Origin: Lama guanicoe
Lineage: Eukaryota
Length of the DNA: 64,000 nt
Assembly (NCBI GenBank): GCA_013239625.1
Contig: MU054391.1
Location: 9,085,095-9,149,094, forward strand
Direction: 5' to 3'
Positions 25,573 through 38,715 of the stretch are shown piece after piece. Position numbers and translations under genes: made by a program. Every line of letters begins with the position of its first letter. Positions within the stretch are counted from its first letter, which is position 1. The notes under the pieces are model-generated. The model was given only the letters and a program-made list of their open reading frames with translations, made no database searches and had not been told where the DNA came from.

Positions 25573-25663
25573 TAGTGTGACCAGTTGTCCCAGTTTGCCT
25601 GGGACTGAGGGATTCCCCAGGCCATGGGACTTCAGCCTGGAAATCAGCATAGTTAGTGACCCC
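25573..25663. mobile_element. MER81-like hAT-Blackjack MITE, internally deleted
   Basis: tagtgtgaccagttgtcccagtttgcctgggactgaggg matches the recalled MER81 terminus. Confidence 0.7.
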
Positions 25664-25789
25664 ATGCTTCAGTCCCCTCGTGAATCCAGATCAAGAGTTT
25701 TACAGATGGGAAACCCAAGACTAGAGGGGGAGGGACTTGGAGTTGGAGATCTAAACTGGAAGGGGACACTGACATCACGTATCTCAATG

Positions 25790-25899
25790 TTAGGGAACCT
25801 GCCCACTGTGGAGGTGCTGAGGGGGAGCTCCTGGAATCAAGAATTTCAGTTTTAAAACTAGATCAGTCCTGAGAAAACTGAGAGAAGTTGGTCTCACTA
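25790..25899. mobile_element. Second degenerate MER81-like copy
   Basis: ctgaggggg...tttcagttttaaaactag...cagtcctgagaaaactgagagaagttggtctcacta follows the same consensus to its far end. Confidence 0.5.
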
Positions 25900-26564
25900 T
25901 CTAACAATGTCTTATTTTACAAACAAACAGGAAAACTGAGACCCTGAGAAAAGTGAGTTGTCCAAGGTCATGCGGAGGTAGATGGCTGACTGGGAGCAGG
26001 AGGTTTCCTCACTCCCAGGCTGGGGTGCTTTCTGCAGGATAATGGAGATTTTTATCTATCAAGTGCCTATTCATTCACATTATTCGAGCAGGCTTTCAAA
26101 TTTAGTTTGAACTGCCTGAAAAGCCTGGAAAATGCTCCACACAATGGGGGAGTGGTTCCAAGAAGTTCCTTTTTCTAAAAGCAGCTTGCTGAGACCAGAG
26201 GAGTGCCACCTTGCTCTGGGCCTCAGGGTCTCTCCTATCTAGGATTTCCAAATTCAGGAGGCCACCTCAATGCAGTGTCCCAGATACATTGGTCACTAAT
26301 GGAGAAGAAGTTAAACTCCTCCCTTCTTCTCCCATAACTGAAATCACTCACCCTCTTAGACTGCTCAGTTTGACCAAACACGCAGAATGCAGACAGCTCC
26401 AGCTCCGCACACTGGCCTCAATGCCAGTGGGGGTGCTCTCCTTATCTGACCCAGATGCTTGCCGCAGTTATCACATCTGGATGCCAGCCTCTACTCCAAG
26501 ATCGCAGTCCCTAATGGTGTGCACTGTCTAGATTCCCGTGAGAAGACTCTAATTTTGTAGTGGA

Positions 26565-26770
26565 AACAGTATACACTGTGGAGCTAGCAAGAGCTGGGCT
26601 TGAATCCCTGCTCTTCTACAAAATGGCCATTTGGCTTTGATGGTGCCACTAAATCTCTGTGGGCTTCAGTTTTGTTATCTACAACTTTGTTCTAAAGACT
26701 GAAAACTAATCATTGTAGAGCACCCAATAGAGTACTGGACCCATAGTAGTTGGGTAATAAATGGCAAATT
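26565..26770 (+). mobile_element. MIR SINE
   Basis: gagctgggcttgaatccctgctct...ccactaaatctctgtgggcttcagtttt and a catagta...aataaatgg tail. Confidence 0.75.
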
Positions 26771-29700
26771 TGTTTGTTTATTTTTCAATGATGTACTGTA
26801 ATAAGCAGTTGTCAGATTTCAGAGTCATCTCTGGATCTAAAATTCCAACTTATTACCATTATGGCCAGAGTAATGTACTTAAAATTTCTGGGATTCTTAG
26901 CATCTTTGAAATGAAGATGATAGAGCATAGCCCTCACTCTGCAAGACCACTGTATTTGAGTTACTGCAAAATGTGCACCAAAAATGTAGCTGTCATTATA
27001 GATGTTATCAAGATGTGGTTAGGTGAGAACATAAACTTTCTTTTTCTGCATTTAACCACCTTTCCTCTTCAACAAGTTCCCAAAGAAAAAGTACATACTG
27101 AAAACAGTAAATGCCAAATAAACACTGTTACTTTGAGGTTCCCACCATCCCAAATTCCCAAGGCAGGACCATGGAGAGTTCCTTTGTTCTCACTCAGAAA
27201 GAACAAGCCTTTTTCTTTTTGATTTTTCCCCTAAGAACTGGAGCAGAGCATTTTTCTGAGATCTCCTATATATCTTTTTTTTTTTGTATACATTTATATT
27301 TCTTCTCACTTTTTTTAAATTCATGGTTCATATTATCAACTCATATTGGTTTGCTGCATTTAACAAGAAAACCTTACAAAACATTTATTAAACAAGTCAG
27401 AAATCTATAAAATAAGTCAAGATGCAGGCAATTCAAGGCAGTCTTCCCTTTTCAGAGACTGAACCTTTCCATCTTTCTAGGCAGCCATTTTCAGGACGGC
27501 TTTTCATCCTCAAGAATTTCCCATGGTAACAAGGTAGCTAAGGTAGCTACTGGGTCTCCAGCTACCATCTCTGGATTTCATACAGAAAGAATAAAAAGAG
27601 GGTCAGGACAAAAGCCCCATTCTGCTATCACCAGGCTCATAACCCCCTTTCTTTAGCTGCAGAGAAAGCCAGGAAATGAAGCCCTTTTTTTTGGGTCTCA
27701 GTTTCTGAACTACTAAAATGAAACATCAGGCTATGCGATGCCTACGTCCTCTTCTAGTTCATAATATTTGCAATAAAAAGACTGCATTTCCTGGCTTTAT
27801 TTGTAGCTAGAGAAATATATCTTTATGTGAGTGGCACATAAAGGCACATACATGAGGCAACAGAAAAGTGGAACTTTTGGAGAACCCTCCCAAGGGGTTT
27901 GACTCAGATGGGAGACCTTGAGCTAGATACATTTTTGCTCTGTATAAGATGAGGGTTCTGTTGGTAAGAAAGAAGGGACAATAGATATTGAATAAGCAAC
28001 TCATGGTTTCTGCCATATAAAATAATTCTGCTATAATAATATTATATAATTGTTGTTTTATAACGAGTTACTTTCCAAAGGCATATCTACCTCCACCCCT
28101 ACCTCTGTTGCTTTTAAAAATACCACACTAGTTTCCTACTATGACCAAAACCGGTCACTGCATTCTCATTCTTTGGCCTGAAACCTGTGTAAGATCAGTT
28201 GAATTTGATCAGCTGAATTCTCCTTTGTGATCTGACTATAAAATTATGTCCAGTTGGTGGAGCATGTCCGCTAGGTCATCTATGTTTGCACAGATGTAGA
28301 ACTGCATGGGTTTATAGTTCACATAGCACAAAATTGTTTCCATTTGTTCTTTGTAATTATTTCACAACGTTTACTTTGATCCATTCTAGAGATGGAAAGC
28401 TCCTAGACAAAAATCTCCCCCATCCCAAAATAACACATTCCCAGTAGAAGCACAATCACCCAGCCCAGTCTGAACTGGGTCTGGTCTGGCTGCTTCACTA
28501 AATTCTCTGCCTTATTCAATATCCTTCTACTGTTACCTTAAAACATCCCAATTGTAACACTGGATAGATGATTTTTTTCTAACAAATGATTTCTTTTTGA
28601 AGTACAATAGTGTAAGTAACCCATAAAATAAAATAGACTGTACAAATAGCCTATTTTATATATAAAACTTCAGAAACAGAATAGTGCAATGTCTATAAAT
28701 AATATTGCCCAACAACCATGAGATGGTTTTTATTATCCTCCCGTTATCCTCCTGATTTTAAACATGATAACAATCAAGACTGAAAAAGTTAAGTGACTTC
28801 TCCAAGACTGTGACTCCATGCCCTCTCTCTTCGCAGAAGATCTGAAAATTTTGAGCTCATTCAGCTTCGGTCTTTTTCTATATTTGTTGTTATAATGCGA
28901 ATCAGGCACTTTTGACAATCCCTGTTTATGAAAAATGACTCATAGTTTTTAGCAAAAATGCCAAGTCCAACTGTGTACAGCACAGTATTGGAAAGGGAAA
29001 GTTAAATTTATCCTCTAAATGAGGAAACGCAGCAAAAACAAGAATCGCCCTCCAAAAGGATCCGGAATCAATTTCCTGGGTGGTCTCTGCTTAGTCATGA
29101 AGGGAGCCAAAAAAAAAAAAAAAGCCCCACAATAAATGCAAAAGACTTTCAAAGATGGAATGTGCCAGAAATGAACTGAAGATATTTAAGTTATTTACAA
29201 AAGACAATAAGCCTCCTTTGTAATGGGATACAGGACACAAAATGTAAAAGTGACTAGTTCTGTGGACCTACAAGTTGAGTCATGTCCTGAATCCTATCAA
29301 GTTGCTTTTCAGTCACCCTGCAAACATTTCCCTCTTTGGCTCAATCAACAGCATTGATTAAGAACCTACTGTGTACCCAGTCTCGTGCTGCGGATGGGGA
29401 CAGGATCAAGGCAAAGATCGGATCAGCGATATGGTTTCAGGGCTCCCAGGAGCCTCTTCCGTCTCCTCCAATCCCTCTCCAAAATGCCTTCCCCAACTTT
29501 ATTCCCTTCTGAATTTAAGTCTATCTTTAGAGATGCCATGATTTACATCAATGCTCACCCTCATGTTAAGCGCTGAGCTCTGTGGACAAAAGCCAGACTT
29601 GAATCTCTGTGAGTCATTTGGCTGTTGGTGTGAACGTGTTTATTGAGAAGAGAGGAAAGGAGAGAGAGCCTGGGGCACAGTGCCCCTCTTCAAGGGCTAT

Positions 29701-31229
29701 TCCAGAAGCTGCCGTTAGGCTCTCTGCAGATACGACCTGCCCCTGCACACCTGCATCTCTCAACACTAACCAACAGCTTCCAGGAGGCACGATCCTTCTT
29801 TGGGTACAACACCACAGCCTATCTGCAGGGGTCCCAGCGGTGCCACCTGCTTTGAAAGCCCCTCCCCAGCTTCCTCATCACTTGTACCACAAGTGATACA
29901 CACACACTCCTGGGTGTGCCCAGTCTGGGGGACACCTCCCCCCAGGTACAGAAACATTAAGGTCCATTTCTGATACATCATTTTTCAATTTTAAAAGAAT
30001 ATTCTTTACTATTATGTCATTTGAGCCACATAACAATCCCATGCAGAATGTATTACAGATTCTATTTTATGGGTGTGGAAGCCTAGGCCAGGAAAGGATG
30101 TCCAGAGAAAGACTGGCCACAGGTCACCCAGGTTGGTTCTGCCTTTCCTAACCTTCGCTACATCATCCTGCTTGTTAAAAAAAAAAAAACCAACATTTTT
30201 ACTTTTACATTTTTATAAAGATATTTAATCTACTCCCAAAGATTTTTCAAACATTATCTCACTAAATCCATCTGATTAGGGCATTTTTTTTTCTTTTACT
30301 TCTTTTCAAAGATGTTCTTAGGCTGCACTTGTCCCTTGAACTGATGGATGTGCCCCTTAAAGAAACGCAGGGAGAAGGCAGACACAGAAGGCGAAGTCTC
30401 TTTTGATAAAACACACACAAATAGATAATCAGATGCACAAGGAAAATTGTGTGGTAGGAAGGGTGTTGGCTGGGACATAGTCCCCTGTGACTGGATCCCA
30501 AATTCAACACTTGTCGGCTTAGACCAGTCAGACGCTCTGAACTTTCTTCAAAACTATGACATTATGATAAACGTGAAGATGTTTTTAGGCACTATGCACA
30601 GGTCAGGGATTACAACCGTCACAACAGCATCCAGGACGGGCACGGCTTGGAAACTTGGTCTCTATTCATCCCCACAAGTCCCAGCATAAAGTAGGCCCAG
30701 TAAGTGGTTTCCAACAAGTGATCAAATGCACAAATGATTTACATGCTGATCGGCCCAGAGGGGCCTGACTGATGACTGGGAGAGAGTGTTTGACAGGCAG
30801 GTGAGGGGAGGGCCCCCTGTTTGGAGAGCAGTCTCCCACATCCTTGAGGCCCTCCGCCCACTTTGGAGGAGACAGAACTGATGCTCAGAGAGATGGCTAA
30901 GGGCCGTCCAGGACTGGTGATTGGAGGAGGTGGGATTTGAGTCCAGGTTAGTGTGATGCCAATTTTCTTGCTCATTCTCTGCATTTCACTGGATGCTGGA
31001 GTGAGGAATTTAGATTTATGGCCCTAACTTGGTCGCTGGCCGTTTTTCTCCCACACTCTACTTATTACAGGATTTGGAGCTAGGATTAAGCGTTCCCCAG
31101 GTTCCTCACGAACATTTCCTGATTTGATTCTTCCATCTCTACTGAAAACCCTCAGCTATTTGATGCAAATAATTTCACCTACTGTAGTTCCCTAAAAGGT
31201 CACCCTTGACCTCCAGGTCACTCCCTTCT

Positions 31230-33460
31230 ACACACTGAAGACTTCCGGGTCATTCTTCCCTCCACTTCTACTCCCACCTTCATTCATGTGATTTCAAAAT
31301 ATGGGCAGATGATCAAACCAACACACTGGTCTCAACTTCTTGCCTCCAAAACTCCGTTTCTACTTCATTCTCACTCACTCCCATCATGACACCTTTAGAC
31401 TATGTCACTGTTGATAACAAACTTCTTCGAAAATTTCTATTTTAAGTCTCCCAATCTCTGTCTACATAGCTCCCCCCACCCCGCCCCCACCACACACAAT
31501 ACCTCCTTTACTAGCCTGACTCCAAAAGCTCCATGAGCCCAGCAAGATCTCAAAGCAACTGACCTTATCACCTTTTCACAGTCTTTCTACGCCTCATGTC
31601 CTCCTGTCCCCTCACATCTGGTTTTGATTTCTGACCCATCACTTCAGTTCTCTTGCACAAACTCTCAACCCTCTTGTACTTCTCTCTCTAGGCTTGGCAA
31701 CACAACATGACAGCCCTGGTTAAGCCCAACTCTCATTCTACTTTATACTCACATTCAAACAGCTAAACAAAACTAGATTGGGAAAGAAAAAAAAAAACCA
31801 CATCCACATTCATGCTACTGGATCTCGATTTAAATGCATGATCACAAACTTCAAGTGAGCTTTCAGTGCAGCCCCAAACTCAAATACATTTCGTGGGTGC
31901 TCTCATTCTCCAAGGTCACTGTTTCACACCATATCCTTCCCTTTCAAACCTCAGAACTCGATCCCTTTCTTTCACTCAGCTGCCGGCATTTACTTCTTAT
32001 TTCACTAACAAACTGGAACCACCACAAGAGGTTCTGCATTCTCCCACCTCCAAATCTGTAAACCTACCCACTATCTCTGTACCTAATTATGACTTCACAG
32101 GATTCTGACAACTGGTACAGCGTGAGTGTTGATCCATCGGGATAGATGGCAGCTTTAACAATCTGAACCATCACAACACAGCACCGAAATCGCAGCCCAG
32201 TCTATGGCCATCTGCACCCTCTTCATTCCCGTGACAGTGGACACACTGTCGACACCCCTGCCTTCTCTTAGGCACTTGATCATATCCCGTTTCATCAACA
32301 CAAGGATATTACTCCTGCGGTTCTCATTTTTTCTTCTACATCATCATATTCTTCTGTCTTGGTTGGTTTATCCTCATCTGCATACAAGCATCCTGTAAGA
32401 TCAACCATTAAAAACCAACAACTTTGATTCCATGAACCTCCAGATCTTTCTGCTCTCCTTCCCAGGAGTTGTCTATTATAAGTGTACTCAAGGGTTTTTG
32501 GTTTTTTTTTTTTTTCTTCTATTTTCCCTTGAAACCATTTCTAGCAGATTTTTGTATCCATCACGTCACTGAGACAGCCATTGCCAATATTTCTGTACTG
32601 CTAAACTCAATGGTCAATTTTTAGCCACATTTGACATATTAGATCTCATCTTCCTTTTTGAGATATGTCTTCATTGACTTTCTGGACAAAATATTCTCTG
32701 GTCTATTTCTACCTAGTTGTCCAACTTGCTGCTGAATCCTTCTTATCACCCTGCTCTCTAAATGCTGATGTGTTCGAGAGGTTTACTATTCTTGACCTTC
32801 CATTTTCAACCTACTCACGTTCCTTAGGTGACCTCATTCAAAACCATGGCTTTAAATGCTATTTCTCCATAAGCTGACAATTCCCATGCTTGTATGTTCA
32901 ACCACATTTCTCCTCTGAACTCAAAGTCTCCCATATCAAACTATGGTCTCCACTTGCTTAGCTAGTTGTAATCCTAAAGCCATTTTGTTAAAAAAAAAAA
33001 AAGTCACTCAATTTCCCTTCCAAACTGGCTGCTCCCCTAATACTTCCCAGTTAAAGTAAAAAAAAAAAAGAATCTCCATTCACCTACTGCTCAGCCTGAC
33101 TCTATTTTTCCTCTCACTCTCTACATCTAATTCATCAACAAATCCCAGTGGAGCTATCATTAAAATACATCCAAATTCTACGACTTCTCACCCTTCTGTA
33201 ACTCTATATAACTGCACTCCTAGGCCAGGGAGCTTTTGTCTTCTACCTGGAATCCTGCAGTAGACTCCTAACTGTCCCAGCCTCGCCCCCAACACTCTGT
33301 CATCACCTAACAGTCATCTTATTTGACATTATTTTTAAATCACAGAGCTGATGGCATTTCTCTTCTGCTCAGAATCCCGCCCAAGTTTTCTCATCATACT
33401 TGGTATAAAACCCAAAGTCCTTACCTTCATGTCCTGGCCACTGGCTACCTGTCTTAGCTC
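31230..33460 (+). mobile_element. Long LINE-2 fragment (~2.2 kb, decayed ORF2 and 3' region)
   Basis: C/T-rich. L2 internal motifs include ccctggttaagcccaactc, ttcttatttcactaacaaa, tgctaaactcaatggtcaatt, ggtgacctcattcaaaaccatggctttaaatg and tctgctcagaatcc. Confidence 0.85.
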
Positions 33461-33503
33461 TGTACGTCCAGAACTTGCCTTCAAAGAGCTTGCAGTCTAC
33501 TGC

Positions 33504-34633
33504 TTTTTATTTTTTTAACTGAAGTATGGTCAGTTTGCAATGTGTGCCAATTTCTGGTGTACAGCATAATGTTTCACTCATACATATACAAACATATATT
33601 CATTTTCATTTTCTTCTCCGTTATAGGTTACTACAAGATGTGGAATAGATTTCCCTGCGCTCTACAGAAGAAACTTGTTGTTATTCTATTTTATATATAG
33701 TAGTTAGTATCTGCAAATCTTGAACTCACAATTTATCCCTTCCTACCTCCTTCCCTGACCCTGACAGTAACCATAAGTTTGATTTCTATGTCTGTGAGTC
33801 TGTTTCTGTTCTATAAATAAGTTCATGTGTGTCCTTTTTTTAAGATTCCACATATAAGTGATATCATATGGCATTTTTCTTTTTCTTTCTGGTTTACTTC
33901 ACTTAGCATATAGTCTCTTCAGCAAATGGTGTTGGGAAGACAGGACAGCCTCATGTAAATCAATGAAGTTAGAACACTCCCTCACACCATACACAAAAAT
34001 AGACTCAAAATGGCTTAAAGATTTAAACATAAGACACTACATACCCCATAGAAGAAATCATAGGCAAAACATTCTCTGACACATACCTTAGCAATGTTCT
34101 CCTAGGGCAGTCTACCCAGGCAATAGAAATAAAAGCAAAAATAAACAAATGGGACCTAGTTAAACTTACAAGCTTTTGCACAACAAAGGAAACTATAAAC
34201 AAAACAAAAGGACAACCAATGGGATGGGAGAACATATTTGTAAATCATGCAACTGACAAGGGCTTAAATTTCCAGAATATACAAACAGCTCATACAACTT
34301 AATAACAAAAACAAACAACCCAATCCAAAAATGGGCAGAAGACCTAAACAAGCAATTCTCCAAGGAAGACATACAAATGGCCAATAGGCACATGAAAAAA
34401 TGCTCAATGTCACTAATTATCAGAGGAATGCAAATCAATACTACAGTGAAATATCACCTCACACCAGTCAGAATGGCCATCATTCCAAAGCCCATGAATG
34501 ATAAATGCTGGAGAGGGTGTGGAGAAAAGGGAACCCTCCTACACTGCTGGTGGGAATGTAGTTTGGTGCAGCCACTGTGGAAAACAATACAGAAATTCCT
34601 TAAAAAACTAAAAATAGACTTACCTTGTGATCC
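33504..34633 (-). mobile_element. 5'-inverted L1: antisense 3' part 33504-33909, sense ORF2 part 33910-34633
   Basis: Poly(T) and antisense 3' UTR switch abruptly to sense ORF2. ORFs give [30 protein letters not shown] and [19 protein letters not shown], the CCHC motif of L1 ORF2p. Confidence 0.93.
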
Positions 34634-36459
34634 TGTTGCTTATTTTGATCAAACAGTACTTTGGAAGCTTCCTCAACCCCTAACCTATGGGCAATGCAAG
34701 TCATTCTTTCTCTGCAGTTCTGTATATAACAGACACAACCTTTCACTTCCAGATAAGCATGGAAATGACCATCACACCTCTAGGAGTATTCCCATGAACG
34801 ACTCAAGTCTCTTCCCCCAGAAAAATCCATTGTCCTCCACTTGAGATTTTCACAGCCTCATCTACTGTCCTTAGCCTGTCCCTACCCATTAGCTGCCTGA
34901 GAATTCTAGGGTTTACTCAGCCCGAAGGGAGAAAGGGGGTGGGGCAGCAACACCTTCCCTCTCATTGGACCCTGGACTTCTTGAGAAATTTGCTTTGTTT
35001 TCTTTTTAACCTCCCCTCTCCCTGCCTGAACTAGCTCTCCTTACCAGCAAGGGAGACAGTTTTTATTAAGCTTCTTAATAGGAAACAAACAGAAATCACA
35101 AGTTCTTCTTACCGCTACCCCAAGGCAAGTTTTGATTATTTATCTCAATGAAGAGTATAAATTAGTGGGGCCAAAAAAAAATCAATTTCTCTAGATAAGA
35201 TTGTATCACATATCACAGATATTCAATATGTTTGTTCACAAGACTGTCTTTCCTGTTAAAGGACACCATCCTTGAGAAGAGTAGTTAGTGTTTCTTATCA
35301 CAGAACCCTACTCATTGTAAGATTTAGAATGAATATATACTAAGCATTAAAATCAGCAGAACTGAGTATTTGTTTTAAATAAATAGACTGATAAGTAGCT
35401 GTAGCCAAGCAAGTTTCAAGAGGCACTGATGGGCAGAGCTCTATTTTGTTATAGGAAATGTAACTTGTTGATTAAGCACAGAGTTCCAGGTTTGCTCCCA
35501 CTTCCCCTTTAAAATGTATTTAGAAGAATTCATCTTTCTCTGATTATTAAAAGGAAATTGAGTAGATTCCATGCTTTTTCTTGCTTGCCCATAGGTGACA
35601 GACTCTCTCACTTTAAATCCCAAACCCATCTTCATTCAGAAATTAGAATGCACCCAGTTCAAGATATTAACCAAAGGTTGGATTTTCCTCCCTCCTCCCC
35701 CCAGCTCGGACCTATGGTTGCCTCCCTTTAAGGAAGGGAGTGTGACGGGGGCTGGCTCTTTTCCCACTCATCTTGTTCTTTACTCATACTTTAACTACAT
35801 CCTCCAATTTGCCAGAGTGAAATCTGGTAGAGGAAGAAGAAATAGACAAGAGGAAAAGTTGTACTTGACAGATGACTTCCCCTTCCTGGCCTGGCTGATC
35901 ACTAAGATCAGTCTTCCCTTTTGAACAGGTAATCTGGTGGCGGAGAATTCTGTCCAGACCACTCTTCAATCTGGACAGAGCAAGTTCATTCTCAGCTCCC
36001 CAGACACTGGCATTCACCTCTTGCTGGAAACACTCTGGCTCTCTAGGGTGGTTTATGTGACAGGAACCGAAAGGACCCACAATGGCTTCCTTGCTCGTGT
36101 CACCATAACTGATTCATAGGAAACATTCACACAGCAATTGCTCTGACACTCTGGAGTACAAAACAACCTCCATTATCCTACTGCTGAAGGTTACTTGAGC
36201 TTTCTCTGTCCTTCAATGTTTCAACTGCAGGGAATTCTTTCAAACTCTTCAAGTGGTCCAATGGTTGCACCCCCACATCCCTACAAACACACTCACACAC
36301 GCACACACACACACACAGCTGGATGTCAAGATTTCTTCCTTTGCCTTCCCTTTGGTATGGAGAGGGTAGAGACTCCCAGCACAGCAACTTCTCTTTCTCC
36401 GGAAAATGTCATATATCTTTACTCTTTCACCACAATGATACCCTTCCCCACTTCTTTTT

Positions 36460-37130
36460 GATTTTGGTCATGCCAAGTCATTCATAACTGTCTATTGGGC
36501 ATTGTGAATGTTAGCTCGGTGGGTGCTGGGTTTTGTGCCAGGTGCATGACTTAGGATAAGACTGAGCCTTTCAAGGCTGATTTGTAAGCTTGTTAGGCTA
36601 TGCCTAAAGCAGATTCTAGTCTAAACATGAGTAATTCAGGCTGTACTAAGTACTCAGGCTATGTCCTTCCCAGGACTTCACCACTTCTCTGTTTTATGAG
36701 GTCTCTTACCCTAAACTGGTGGGAATGCAGATTATTTCCAGGCCTCCGTGAGCTCTGGGAATTGTTCAGCCTTGTAGAGTTTTATGCCATGAATGTACGC
36801 ATCAATATTCAGGCAGAGATTCAAGGGCACGCCTCTGCAGATCTTTTCAGTTCCCTTCGTCCTGGTACTTGGCCTCTAGAATTCCAGCTGCCTAGGGACT
36901 CTGTCTGGGCTCGCTCCCCTTGCGACCTGGAAACTGCTTCCAGGCAGAAAATTGGGGTGATCATGGGGCTCACTGCACTTGTTTCCCTGCTCTCAGAGAT
37001 CACAGAGTCTTGTCCAGCCTGCTGTCCAAAGTCTTAAAACTATTGTTTCATTTATTTTGAGCAATCCTAGTTACTTGCATTGAGAGGGCAAGTCCCAGCC
37101 TGGTCTCCTTCATGGGCAGGAGTGGGAGCC
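36460..37130 (-). mobile_element. Ancient L1M/HAL1-type 5' region fragment
   Basis: gggctcactgcacttgtttccctgctctcagagatcacag...gcctgctgtccaaagtcttaaaactattgtttcat resembles antisense old L1 5' ends. Subfamily uncertain. Confidence 0.55.
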
Positions 37131-38536
37131 ATTCTGACTTCTTTTCATACGTCATCTCATTAACTGATAAACCCAGGCGTCCAAGAACCAGTTCTCAACC
37201 ATTTCTTGTACAACCTCTTCAATCGTGATTTGGCTTTGGCATTGTGGATACTGTTTTATCTTGCTGTCTCTGGGGAAATTTTAATTTTTATCTCCTCTTA
37301 ATAAAAGCACTGAAGCCAGTGGTATGGAAAAAGTCCATTTATTCACCTAATAGATCTGGAGTTAAATTTGCTTTTTACTATATACTTGCTTTACAGTCTT
37401 AGGCACGTCACTGCTCTGTGTCTCAGATTCCCTAGAAAAAAGTGTGGATAATCATTTCTGCCCCACTTAATCCTTAAGTGATGGGTGGGGCAGAAATGAA
37501 AGAATAGCACTTAGGAAGGGGTAATTCTTTAAAATGAGGAAAGTAGGAAGGGAATGTAACCATCCGTAGGCTCCCCACTCCCAACATCAGTAACATACAG
37601 TAATTAACATGCAGTGTTCAATGCAGACCATGTAACTGCATCCTTAGGAAGTGGTGGCATTAGCCCCATGTTTGCTATCTTACTCTTGACGTAGCAGTTG
37701 AGGATGTGAAGGCTTAAGCAACTTGCTCTATTTTACAGAGCTACTAAGGAGGAGAGCTGAAATCTAAACCCTGTATCATGGTGCTTGGCTTTAAAACGTA
37801 TCTTTCTTGGACGTAAAATGTTTCCTTTCCTTTGCCTTCAAATGATGTCTCTTCTAGTCTTCTGTGGACTGACTGGCATGCCTACCACGGGATGTGTACT
37901 GTCTATCTGTAAGAATGCTGAGAAATAAACCGCTGTTTCTTCTGTGTTTCACCTTTAACACGGCTGTTGTCAGAATTTCTTCATCTTGCAGAAACACAAG
38001 TTTATAAATTACAGCTGTGCCAACCCACAACTCTTATTAGATTCCCTAGCAGGGAATCTTGCAAGATTTTTTGCTTATCTTAAGTTACAAGACCTCTGCA
38101 GACCTTTTCTTGGCATGGAAACTATCAACTCAGTGGCCAACCTCTCATCAGCTAGTCAAACTCATACCCTCTGTTTGCAATTCCTTTCTATGCCAGGGTA
38201 GTGAGGTTAGTGAGAAAAGTTGAAAACCAGGTAAAATGAGGACTAGACAAATTCAGGAACCTAAAGCAAGACCCAGGGTTGACTATTAGTTCTGTCGCCT
38301 AATATGCGAGGAGTTGCCATAGGGAATAGAAGCCAGCTGTCCCATAGGAAGACAGGAAGTAGAAAAAGGATGCCTGGTAGAATTGAAGAGAGGTACCTTT
38401 CAACTCAGTAAAGGGAAGAACATTCTAAGGAGATAAGCAAGAACAGAAGGAGCTACTTTGGAAACCATAGGTTCTTTCTTATTGGATAACGAGTTGGGGG
38501 TTGAATGACCACGTTGTGGAGGATTTGAATACAAGG

Positions 38537-38715
38537 AGAGATTCTTCACTTTGGACCTACAGACCCCTCGGGTGGTCCAGCATGGGGTCCAAGAGGCTAG
38601 TGAAAAACCTTAAAATTGTGTTATGAATGCAAATGTCCATTTTTTTAGGGGAGAGGGCTTACAGCTCTCTTTAGATCGTCTAAAATCTCCAAGACTAAAG
38701 ACGAGACAATTAAGT
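38537..38715. mobile_element. MER103-like hAT-Charlie MITE
   Basis: tttttaggggagagggcttacagct...tagatcgtctaaa resembles the recalled MER103C. Confidence 0.5.

Noticed and set aside
34377..34844. 155-aa ORF with CCHC motif
   Set aside because: It is the inverted arm of a truncated L1 reading through into flanking DNA.
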